DNA of 63,594 bases, the filler included, from Octopus bimaculoides (taxonomy: Eukaryota), in NCBI RefSeq assembly GCF_001194135.2. It is 9 parts of 9 records of this genome, joined end to end, with 100 filler letters (N's around TTAATTAATTAA, not from the genome) between each part and the next. Parts side by side here need not be neighbours in the genome. Positions count along the whole stretch, not along the records: positions 1 to 17,347 come from NC_069005.1; positions 17,448 to 27,475 come from NC_068982.1; 7 more parts are not named here. The stretch is one strand, 5' to 3'. Numbering within the stretch: the stretch's first letter is position 1; each line of letters starts with the position of its first letter. The notes under the pieces were generated by a model that did not search any database, was not told the DNA's origin, and saw nothing but the letters and a program-made list of their open reading frames with translations. Positions 12,916 to 23,896 of the stretch are shown here, one piece after another. A program made the translations under genes and the position numbers.

Positions 12916-15570
12916 TGCATGTGTGTGAGGGGGGTGAGTGTCTGTGCGTGCGTGGAGGTGCATTAGTTTCGATCCCCGAACGTGACTCCAACTACAGGCT
13001 TCTGTCATGGTGCGTATCCGCCAACGGTTTTATTTGGTCACATCGATGTCAGTACTTAGATTCTTCAACCTAGTAATTGTTTTATCGATCTCTCCTTATC
13101 AAACAGTTAAGTTATGGTTTTGTGTAAAGCGACAGAACACCAGTAAAAATAAATACCAGCATAGATATGTACGAAATTAGTCTCAAGCAAGCACACACGC
13201 ATATACATGTACATATATCCATGTGTATACGCATATATATGGTTATATGTGTGCATGTGTNNNNNNNNNNNNNNNNNNNNNNNNNNNNNNNNNNNNNNNN
13301 NNNNNNNNNNNNNNNNNNNNNNNNNNNNNNNNNNNNNNNNNNNNNNNNNNNNNNNNNNNNNNNNNNNNNNNNNNNNNNNNNNNNNNNNNNNNNNNNNNNN
13401 NNNNNNNNNNNNNNNNNNNNNNNNNNNNNNNNNNNNNNNNNNNNNNNNNNNNNNNNNNNNNNNNNNNNNNNNNNNNNNNNNNNNNNNNNNNNNNNNNNNN
13501 NNNNNNNNNNNNNNNNNNNNNNNNNNNNNNNNNNNNNNNNNNNNNNNNNNNNNNNNNNNNNNNNNNNNNNNNNNNNNNNNNNNNNNNNNNNNNNNNNNNN
13601 NNNNNNNNNNNNNNNNNNNNNNNNNNNNNNNNNNNNNNNNNNNNNNNNNNNNNNNNNNNNNNNNNNNNNNNNNNNNNNNNNNNNNNNNNNNNNNNNNNNN
13701 NNNNNNNNNNNNNNNNNNNNNNNNNNNNNNNNNNNNNNNNNNNNNNNNNNNNNNNNNNNNNNNNNNNNNNNNNNNNNNNNNNNNNNNNNNNNNNNNNNNN
13801 NNNNNNNNNNNNNNNNNNNNNNNNNNNNNNNNNNNNNNNNNNNNNNNNNNNNNNNNNNNNNNNNNNNNNNNNNNNNNNNNNNNNNNNNNNNNNNNNNNNN
13901 NNNNNNNNNNNNNNNNNNNNNNNNNNNNNNNNNNNNNNNNNNNNNNNNNNNNNNNNNNNNNNNNNNNNNNNNNNNNNNNNNNNNNTCATCCTCGCCCTGC
14001 CGCTCCACCACCACCACCCACGCCCACCTCCTCACCACCTTCGTCCGTGTTATTACGTTTCCCTTCTTAATAATCTTCGCAATGTTATCTGCTGTTTACA
14101 TCGCCACCACCGCCGCCACCTCCACCTCCCCCCTGACATACATTCTTTGGTGATGTTTCTTCGCGTGCGTGTGGGCATGTATCTCGGTACACACGGGTAG
14201 TGTGTGTGTGTGTGTGTGTGTATTAGAATGTGTGTGAGTGTGCTTGTATGTGTGTGTGTATGTGTGTGCGTGCGTGTGTGGGTGAGTGTGTGTGTGTGTG
14301 AGAGAGAAAGGGAGAGAGTGTGTATGTGTGTATGAGAATGTGTATATGAGCAGGCATGTCAGTGTGTATGCGTGTGTGTGTGTTTGTATCAGGATGAGCA
14401 TATACGTTCGTGTGTGGGAGTGTGTGCGTGAATGCTTGGGTGCTTATCAGAACGTATGTTTGTATGCATGAGTGTGTGTGTGTGTATGAGAGAGAGAGAG
14501 AGTGCTTGTATGTGTATGAGAATGTGTTTATAAATTGTAGTGTGTATGTGTGTGTGTGTGTGTGTGTGTATGTTTCAAGTGTGCGTGTCTAGATTGGTGT
14601 TATTGTTTTAACCACTGGTTAAATAATAATTATAATAATTATAATTATAATAATAGCAATAAAGCTGAAGTGAAGAACGATTAGATAGTGCGTGTGTTTA
14701 TTTGGCCAAAAAAATGACCGTCCCGAAATATAAAAATATTTGAGACTCGTTTTCTATATAGCACTGTTTCATAACATTAACAACTTTCTATTAAAGTGGT
14801 CTTGAATACAACACGATTATTGCATACCAACGACTGGTCTGTAATGCTCGTCCGTCGGGTCGACGAGGACCATCTGGTCATCCTTAAGGACAACTGATGA
14901 CTTGGGCAGTGGCTTTGTTTAAAGTGAAGAAGAGTTGCATACCCTTAATCTCACTCTCGCGTCCGTGATCATCTTCAATCCAGCAGCAAGACCAGATCAA
15001 GACGTCTGGAGATGGAGACAGATGCCGCTTTAGAGTACAGTCACAAAACAACGCTATTATGTAACATCAACAACTTCTTTTCAAAGTAGTTTTGTATACA
15101 ACACTGTTTGTTACGTAATATTAAAACCCTTATATTAATTTAACCTTAATCCTTAAAATCGTCATTAATGAAAATTAATCTGGTAAAAACCGGGAAAGTA
15201 ATGATAAAGAATTTTGTGAATTTCTGTAACTTAAAAACAATTCCCAATTTCTTCGTCGGAATCACCAACTTTCCCTCAGGATGCCTGAAGCTTCCCCCAC
15301 CAGGTTAAGAACGGCATGTCTAGACGGGTTGTGGGGGATAGGAAACTTTTCTTTCGTTGATGTTATGGAAGTGTTCTAGGCTGTTAGAGACGTAACTCAA
15401 TATCTGTCTAGACTGATTAGCGGATAATATTCGTAAGCTGGTGTTGTTGTCTTCTACAGTGTTGTATATGTATCTGTCTAGACATATATATATATATATA
15501 TANNNNNNNNNNNNNNNNNNNNNNNNNNNNNNNNNNNNNNNNNNNNNNNNNNNNNNNNNNNNNNNNNNNN

Positions 15571-16000
15571 ATATGGTGGTTGTCTACTCCTTAAACAGAG
15601 TTTGACCACCTCCTGCACCTACACCTTAGCCCTTTCATGGCGTCTGATGTGGCTTTTTAAACCAGACAGTGTTTTGAAAACAACACCCACACAGATTGCA
15701 CCTCTGATTTGCACTACCAATACCTGCAAGTAAGTTCTGCTCATTGTGGATCCTAACATGTCTTTTAAGACCCCCATTGGATTTGCAAACCCTCTGGCAC
15801 ACACCACATTCAAACTATCATCACCGACATCAGCACTACCCCCACCCCCACCACCACCACCACTTCTACAATTACAAGAACGTTTAAGACTTCTACTGAA
15901 ACCAGACATAAGCACAAAGCCATTCCTTGATTGTTATCCCCTGACCAATCTTGACATATGGAGAGATCCCTGATTAAGATCGCAGACCGTTGCCACAAGC
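15571..16000 (-). mobile_element. Probable LINE 3' end with a single frameshifted C-terminal C2H2 finger
   Basis: Removing one T gives CNLCGCCFKTLSGLKSHIRRHERAKV* (15700-15619), followed by about 50 bp and a gap flanked by (TA)n. The left boundary of the element is uncertain. Confidence 0.5.
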
Positions 16001-17048
16001 ATTCGTTAATATGAACACCTAATCGCTTGGTGGTAGTGGTGGTTGTGGTGGTAGTGGTGGTGATGCTAGTGATGGTATTGGTTGTTGTTGTGGTGGTGGG
16101 GTGATGGTAGTGGTGGTTGTGGTGGTGGTGATGGTGGTTGTTGTGGTGGTAGCGGCGGCGGTGGTGGTGGTGGTGATGGTGGTGATGATGGAGCCAGAAA
16201 TGGTAAGAAAAGGTATGACAGCACAGAATTCACTGCGAAGTAAACAACAATGAAACCATCAAGTGTTGGAAGGATATTGCAAATATGTAAGTCCCAAATC
16301 CAATTTAAATGGTAGATCCGACACTCTGTGGTTGGGTCCCAGGTGTTGTGTAAGCGTAAAAGCTTACCTGTAAATTTGAATGTTCTTCTTTAAAGAACCA
16401 CTAAACCAACGACATAGGATTCGTTTATGTTCGATCTATGAGATCTTACCTGTTTGATATCTTACCTGTTAAAAATTTTACCTGAAGATTTATACTTTGA
16501 TGTAATCTGTGAAAACATCGATAAAATTCTAGTGGAACAGCTGCCGTAAAAATTTTAACCCCGCTTGTGTTCTCTTTATGCATACATATGTATGTGTGTG
16601 TTTGTGTGTGTGTGTGTGTTATGTTGATAACGTTAAAATCCAACCTGTTACGGAAATTTTTTTCTTTTACTTTTAACCAATCAAATTCGTGCATTCTCTA
16701 CATACTCTGACGATATTATGTAAAAGAAAAGCGCCATGCATTTTTTTTTATTTTTCGAGATGCGACTTTATGAAAATTAGAAAAAAAATTGTTATATTCT
16801 TTTGAGAAATTTATAAATTTTATACCCTTTAGCAATCAGAATATTTTGTCAAACAAAATGCATATTTATTCACACTGTTTTTTTTAATTAACCATGTGTT
16901 ATCTCATAAGATTTTGTACAGAATTTATCTGCAATAAATTACTTATATTTTCACAAAATGCGACAAAAAAATTAATCATTTTTATGCAATTCTTAATAGT
17001 GTTGACATTGTTTTATTCTTTTCTTTTTTTCTTTTACTTGATTCAGTT

Positions 17049-17250
17049 ATTTGACTGCGGCCATGCTGGAGCACCGCCTTCAGGATTTTAGTCGAACAAA
17101 TCGACCCCAGGACATCTTTTTTTTTTAAGCCTAGTACTTATTATGTTTGTCTTTTGCCGAACCGCTAGATTACGGGGACGTAAACACACCAACCCCGGTT
17201 GCTAGGCGGTGATGCAAGGGCGAAACACAGACACAAAGACACACACATAG
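17049..17250 (+). mobile_element. Interspersed repeat family D (tgactgcggccatgctggagcacc...ccgaaccgcta..ttacggggacgtaaacacacc)
   Basis: Further full or partial copies at about 10400-10500 (-), 11482-11620 (+), 11745-11790 (-), 21057-21085, 30095-30147 (-) and 52590-52770 (-). Confidence 0.75.
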
Positions 17251-17309
17251 ATATATACATACATATATAGATAAATAGATAGATAAATAGATAGATAGAT
17301 AGATATGTG

Positions 17310-17347
<38 letters not shown>

Positions 17348-17447
17348 NNNNNNNNNNNNNNNNNNNNNNNNNNNNNNNNNNNNNNNNNNNNTTAATTAAT
17401 TAANNNNNNNNNNNNNNNNNNNNNNNNNNNNNNNNNNNNNNNNNNNN
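17348..17447. other. Artificial scaffold join N44-TTAATTAATTAA-N44 (first of eight)
   Basis: The identical 12-mer, flanked by exactly 44 N on the left in every case, occurs at 17392, 27520, 34410, 41674, 51234, 57475, 59669 and 61594. It encodes stops in all six frames. Confidence 0.97.
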
Positions 17448-17812
17448 ATTTTGAGCGTGGCCGTTGCCAGTACCGCCTGACTAGCTTCCGTAGGATTTTC
17501 GAGCGAGATCGTTGCCAGTACCCCTGGACTGGCTTGTGCGGGTGGCACATAAAAGACACCATTTCGAGCGTGGCCGTTGCCAGTATCGCCTGACTGGCCT
17601 TCGTGCAGGTGACACGTAAAAGCACCTACTACACTCTCTGAGTGGTTGGCGTTAGGAAGGGCATCCAGCTGTAGAAACTCTGCCAAATTTAGATTGGAGC
17701 CTGGTGTAGCCATCCAGTTGCACCAGTCCTCAATCAAATCGTCCAACCCATGCTAGCATGGAAAGCGGACATTAAACGATGATGATGATGATGATTAACC
17801 ACTCCAAAATAT
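17448..17812 (+). mobile_element. RTE 3' UTR copy with (GAT)n tail
   Basis: Reverse complement of 24690-24900 (gcgttaggaagggcatccagctgtagaaactctgcca...catgctagcatggaaagcggac). Contains three internal ttcgagcgtggccgttgccagta-like units. Confidence 0.8.
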
Positions 17813-18119
17813 TCCATTTCTCATTCCTCCTGTTCTCAATTGTTATTAGTCTTATCTTTCTTTCTAGATTTTTCCTCTCTTTTTGCCTTCTTTTTTCTCC
17901 TTATACACACATGCTTTTGTATCTTTTTCTTTATACATTTTTCCCTTTCTTTGTGTATATATTCTTTTGTGTGTATACTCGTAAGAAAACATTTTTTTTG
18001 CTATTTAAGCAACCAGTAAAACACCCCCACCCCACAAAAGAGCCATCTCTACTCATTTTTTCAAACATACATATATATTTATACACACACACATAAAATT
18101 GTCACAATCTGAAGTATTG

Positions 18120-19590
18120 GTCAATTTAGCCGCAGCTGGCCAGCCAAAAGATTGTACCAAACTCCAATATCTGGTTTTGCATAGTTTCTATGACTACAGA
18201 TGTCCTTAATTCCAACCACTTTTCAGAGTGTACTGGACGCTTTCTATGTGGCACTGGCACCAGTGAGTTTGCCAAATCCCTTACAAGCCGAGAGCCCTCA
18301 ACTGAAGAGGCTGTAGTATTGAGCGAAGTAGGTTTGTGCCAGGTGATGAGAGGTTAAAATATGATAGAGAAACAAGTGTCTTGCTGATGGGGGAGATACA
18401 ATGGTCAGCCCAGTTGGAAGGGAAGGTGGAAAGTTAGAGGGTGGCAGGGAATATATTACGTGGAAGCACACAGGATATGAAGTGTGTGAGAGAGATGTAA
18501 AGTGCTAGGGATGAAATCAGAAGTACATAAGGGTGGAAATAGTGGGAGGGAGATAAGGGTAATAGGGGAGGGCTGTGTTGTTGGCAAGATGAGCATTCAA
18601 TGGAAAATAAAGTGGTAAGGATGATACAGAGACTAAGGAAGTGGTTCTAAGGCAGATGAGAGGTTAAAGGATGAAGTTGTGTGTTTGTGTGTGAGTGAAC
18701 AGTGCCATAGTGAAAGAGTGATGAAAGGGTTAATGCTAGAATAAGGTGTAGGGGAGAGATTCATCAGGAGCAGACTGGGGACAGGAGAATAAACAGAAAT
18801 GATTTACTTTTAAGGCCGTATATTTGCTTAGATGGACAGGGTCTTCTCAATCATAGTCCTTTGTCATCTCCTCTCCATGAAGCTCGCTACTTTGTCCCAC
18901 ATTTTCCTGGGTCTCCCTCTTCTTCATGCACCTGTCCTTACAAATACGCACAGCCTTCTTTCCTGCATACCATATTCAATGCCTCTTATGTCCATTTTCA
19001 ATATACTCACACTTTGTTGCACAAGCAGAATATGCTAGTCATCACATGACCTCTGCATTCACAGCTCATATCTCACCACCATGTAGCATAGCTGCTTGTA
19101 TCACACAATCTGGCTTTCACTCTGAACGTAAGGCCTTTTGCTACCAACTGAGGTAATGGCTCTCCGAATTTTCTCCAGCCAGTTCTTATTCTTTGCAACT
19201 ATGCTTTCAGAGCATCCTCCACCATTGCTAATTTGGTCACCTAGGTAACAGAAACTGTCTACAACCATAAGAGAGCCCCCTGGCAATTCAAGGAAATCTA
19301 TTTCCTGTGCTCTTAGTCAATAAATTGTCCCTGCACATCTGTCACACACAAACTCTACTTTCTCTGTTTACCTTCTAGTGATTTCACTGCACCTTTTCTG
19401 GCCACAGTCTGCTTGCTTCACCATCTGGAATTTCTATTGATACCCTTTCTACAGTGTCATTTACTTGAAGCAATTAACATACTGTCTGTGTTCCTACTTA
19501 CTAGAATTTTAGTCTCTGCTTACTTAATTTTAAGGCCCTTTGATTCTAGGTTTTGCTTCCACACTTGGAGTTCCTTTATGCTGATAACCT
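18120..19590 (-). mobile_element. RTE-clade LINE fragment with 3' region
   Basis: ELQVWKQNLESKGLKIK..; VVDSFCYLGDQISNGGGCSESIVA..; C-terminal GRPR-like region near 18880. Frameshifted. Boundaries are approximate. Confidence 0.8.
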
Positions 19591-19971
19591 CGTTCCGATG
19601 TAAAATTGTCTTTGCTGTCGCTATCACCGCTTTCAGTTTCTTCAGAATCGCTGCTTTCAGATTCGGATACAGAAATATCCTATTCATTCTCGTACACCAC
19701 GTGCTTTTGTACCTCATTCATTCTTTTTCTCAATATCTCCATATTTTCCATTGAAAAACCTCTAAATTTAGAATCACTGCTTGATAGCATGAAACTCCTA
19801 TCCATTTTCAAAGTTGAAAATAAAAAAAATCGCCGCCGAAAAAATGTGGAAAAAAATTTCCCCAAAATTCACTGAGCTTAGCTATTACATCAAGCAATGT
19901 TGGATACTATAACTCAACTATTTACAAAGTGAATTTTTCAGCCGGCTACAACTGGGTTAGTATCGAAAGGG
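19590..19971 (-). mobile_element. piggyBac-like element 5' end
   Basis: Minus-strand terminus TTAA|CCCTTTCG (TTAA at 19972-75), followed by an acidic Ser-rich N-terminal remnant MEILRKRMNEVQKHVVYENE*DISVSESESSDSEETESGDSDS. The opposite end was not found. Confidence 0.55.
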
Positions 19972-20039
19972 TTAAATGGGAACATATTTCCTATGTGTGA
20001 ATTTTCATTCTGTATAAAACTATTTTTTAATACTAAAAA

Positions 20040-20900
20040 AATGTGGAGATTATATTTCTAAAACCATAGGTGACTTTTGGCCCACCCATTCTGCTAGCAA
20101 AATTGCCTTACCTAATATTCTGTTATTAAAAGAATGTCTATGCATAGTATAGCTGCACTTGAATATATTAGATATAGAACCAATGTAATACCTATTGTTA
20201 TCTACCAACATAATATTACTTTTATAATATAACATTGTGCTTAATAGACACTTAGCTTGCAGGGGATAATTGTTGGTTATTCCACAGTTACAGGTTTGTG
20301 AAGTTTTGGTTGAGAATTCTAGAAGTTTAGAGTTGTTGAATTTTTCTTATCATTACTTATATTCTTTTATTCCTATGTTAATGTTCATATTGTGAGCATT
20401 AGCATGCATATTCTTATTATGAGAGCATATACAAGTCTTTATAAGCTGTTTATCTGTCTACTAGAAAGTCAAAATTTATTTATATGGGAAAGTATGCTGT
20501 TGCTTCTGCTATTCGTGCAGTTTTCGTTATTGATACTCAAATTAGTCGTTTCACTGTTTACAGAATAGTTAGACTTATGATGTCTACTGTTAGGATTATT
20601 TGGTTCATTCTTAGCATTATTATTGTCATTATCCTTATTAAAAGTTTAAGTGAAGTTAACAATCTTTGTGTCTTTCTGAATGGCTAATTTGCATCATCTT
20701 CCACATTGTAGTCACTTTAGCTTCAGCACACAATCTCAGATCAAAACACTTGCTATGCAAGTATGTCTCTGTCAAAAGCTATAATTATTATTAACTTGAA
20801 TGTTTAATGGCTTATCTTCTCTGTTCCAAGTATTAACTAGAAATATTCTGCCACTGGGTGTAAGTTAAGATTTCCATCGAGATTAAAGGGTTGTGACACT
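20040..20900 (-). mobile_element. Penelope-like element remnant: RT C-terminal region and GIY-YIG endonuclease
   Basis: ..YYKSNI..NNRYYIGSISNIFKCSYTMHRHSFNN..LAEWV (20050-20235) is a GIY-YIG-like signature. Degenerate PFN/FNxNN..LSY-like sequence at 20700-20870. Confidence 0.75.
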
Positions 20901-21836
20901 ATCTGTATGAGAGAGAGAGAGAGAGAGAGGAAAAGAGAGTTAGTGTCATTTTCAGTACAGGGTTTTTGATGTATTTGTTAATTTTTCAGAAATTACCATT
21001 ATATGCTGGGTAGTGTAGGAGAATTTTGCCATTTATCTTTTTATTTGTTTGTCATTTTGACTGCGGCCATGCTGGAGCATTGCCTTAAAATAAGTTTGGT
21101 TTAATCTAACGCTTTTCTCTTGGGTTAAATCGGTTAAATCTAATGTTCTTCTGAAGATATTGTAGTACTTATGATTAGAAGGAAATATTTTGCTGAAAAT
21201 AAGGTGCACAAATAGCTGTGTGGTTTTCCGGGTCCAGTCCCACTGCATGGCACACTAGGCAACTGTCTTCTGCAATAACATACACTGAGTGCTCTTTTGT
21301 GGCACTGGCACTAGTGAGGTTGGTATGCAGGCCAGAAAGGCTAAAATTCCGTTCAAGTGTGTAGGGCTACAGAAGATTGCGAGGAGGTGGCTTCATGTTG
21401 GAAATGAGGAGTTACAGTGTGAGAAGAGTGGCCAGAACAAAGCAGGTTTTGTTGCTGTAGAATAACAACATGTCTACTCACATAGGAGAGTTAAAAGTGG
21501 CTTGGGGGTGAAGCTGGAAAGAGAAATACAACTGGTAGTGGTGAGGTGTCAGGGGGGACCCTCAAGATAAAAGGTGAGCAAGAGTGGGGAGAGGTACAAG
21601 AACAGGTAGTATGGGTGGGTAGGTGGTAGAGAGTGAGAGATGGTTAGGAATAAGAAATGCGTGAGAGGGAGAATATAATGAAGAACAAGTGCTGAGGGAT
21701 AAGTAGGGAAGAGTAGGTGACAACTGTAGAAATTGGGCAGGATTGATGGGTTTGTCTAGAGGAAAGTAGAAGACTAACAGTGAAGTACAGAAGGGTACAA
21801 TTTATTATTTTGTGCCCTAAGATGTCTGTGTTATAA

Positions 21837-22363
21837 CTCTTCAGCATTCAGTTTATTTCTCTGTCAAATGTAATGCTTATTTATTCACATATTATTCAAA
21901 TCATCATCATCATCATCATCGTTTAACGTCTGCTTTCCATGCTAGCATGGATTGAACGATTTGACTGAGGACTGGCGAAGCGGATGGCTGCACCAGGCCC
22001 AATCTGATCTGGCAGAGTTTCTACAGCTGGATGCCCTTCCTAACACCAACCACTCCGAGAGTGTAGTGGGTGCTTTTTACATGCCACCAGCACGAGGACC
22101 TGTCAGGTGATACTGGTAACGACCACGCTCAAATGGTGCTTTTTACTGGCAACGATCACGCTCGGGTGGAGCTCTTAGTGCTCCACTGGCTCGGATGCCA
22201 GTGATGCAGTTCTGTCATCAAATTTGATTTCGATTTCAATTATGGGATTGTTTACTTTTAGTATGACATTGTAGGATAGTGTGAAAGGCTGGATTTGGTC
22301 AGTTTGAGCATTAGACAAGTAGAATATTTTGGTAGATAGGGGACTGGCTTAAATGCTGAAGGG
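21837..22363. mobile_element. piggyBac-type MITE interrupted by an RTE 3' end
   Basis: TIRs ctcttcagcatt (21837-48) / aatgctgaaggg (22352-63) match at 11/12. ATAA direct repeats at 21833-36 and 22364-67. Confidence 0.65.
21899..22225 (-). mobile_element. RTE 3' UTR copy inserted in a piggyBac-type MITE
   Basis: The same family as 24683-25500, with a (CAT)n tail at 21901-21922. Confidence 0.8.
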
Positions 22364-22399
22364 ATAAAAATGTTTTGATTGGATACCTACTTACTTGTT

Positions 22400-22800
22400 G
22401 ATCCTTATCTGAGTGTTGAGATTTACAAATGTTTTTGTTTATTATGTATTTGTTTTTCAGGATCAGCTGTGGATCCAAGTTTAGTATTATGTACGTATGG
22501 TTTTTACATTACATTTTTTGTCACTCTGGGGATGTGCGTGGAATAGAGGGGTTTTCAATGTCATTCTTATCTTTTCTAGTGTCTCAATTTAATATTCAGC
22601 ACTGCTGTTAAGAATTTGTTCATTTGCCAAGAAATTCTATGAGAAATATTTCAAACTACATTATCTATTACTGATTTAGGAGGATTGGATAATTGATGGT
22701 GTGTAAACTGTCATTTCATTTGTGGTAAAGAAAATACAAGTTTTGTTAGCTTAGGTCGAGAGTAACATGGAGAAAATTTACCTTTTTGATGTGAAAGTTA
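22400..22800 (-). mobile_element. Penelope-like RT thumb remnant, probably the same element as 20040-20900
   Basis: The minus strand reads HHQLSNPPKSVIDNVV*NISHRIS..NEQI(F)NSSAEY..ETLEK, resembling the PLE H.SNHPP..I..RIS.LS.NE..F...A..Y..AL motif. Confidence 0.6.
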
Positions 22801-23896
22801 GGCACTGGTGTCATTAGTGCTGAAAGAAAGAGAGAGAGATTAAAACTATGAAGAATCTAATTAGTCTTTTACAAAGTACTTTTGAGACGGAATGGTTATA
22901 GTCTTTTATGCAATTAGTAAAGCATTGTCCTTGTATAATATATCTATATATATATGTGTGATGTCTGGATGGCCATGGCAGGTCTGTCTGATCATAGGTC
23001 TGTCTGTTCATGGATGACCAGGGATTAAACAACATTTATTCCTTAAACACAAAAAGCATTAAATCTGACATTACAAGGTGTTGAAGCTAAATTCGACAAT
23101 TTTATTTGTCTCTCTTTTTTTTTCAGAAATAGCTTGGTGTATTGGTGAACAGTTAACAGCATCGGAGATCATGAAGATTGAAGTTGAGGAAAAGTTAGTT
23201 GACATGGAGGACTGGAAGCCATTTGAATATTGGAAAACAGTAGCCTGTATCATGATTCATGCTGGGTGTCAAAATGCCGACATCATGACTACTACTCAAG
23301 GCTCTGTGTACGCTGGAAAGGTTGTCAGACATAACATGAAAATCAAGTTCCCCCAAAACTGTGATGGTTTTGGGGTGTGTCTCCAATGACACACAACATC
23401 TTTGAACATGGCTTTGGCTCAATTCAGATGGTTATGTGAAGCAGCTAGAGACTGTGGTCAAACCCTAGCTGGAGGGTCATATGTCTGTGGTGGCATGGTC
23501 CAGTGCCTTGCCACATCACTAGAAAGAGTCACAAGTTGTTGTCAGAGAATATCTATGACTTCACCAGCCTCAATTTCTGGCTTCCTAATTCCTCCACTTG
23601 CAATTCCATAAGTTACTATGTATGGGACCACGGTTGAGAAAGACACCAATTGCTGTGCCTGCAACACCAAGGCCAAGCTGGGGCCGAAGATCAAGGAGGG
23701 GTTCAAAGATCTTCCAAAGGAAGAACGCATGCACCAGGTTCTGGAGTGGTCTTGAGACCATGGTGGAAGCTGAGGGGCAGCTTCTTTGAATAAACTGTTA
23801 TCTTCCAACCATAATCTAGTTGGTATTTTTTGAGGTTTTAAAATACTTTTATTTTTGGATGGAATGTTGTATTTCCTTTTCCTTTTATGCAAGCTA

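Noticed and set aside
18724-18733. gaaagggttaa as the partner terminus of the piggyBac-like end at 19971
   Set aside because: It is in the same orientation as the 19971 end rather than inverted, and lies inside RTE-derived sequence.
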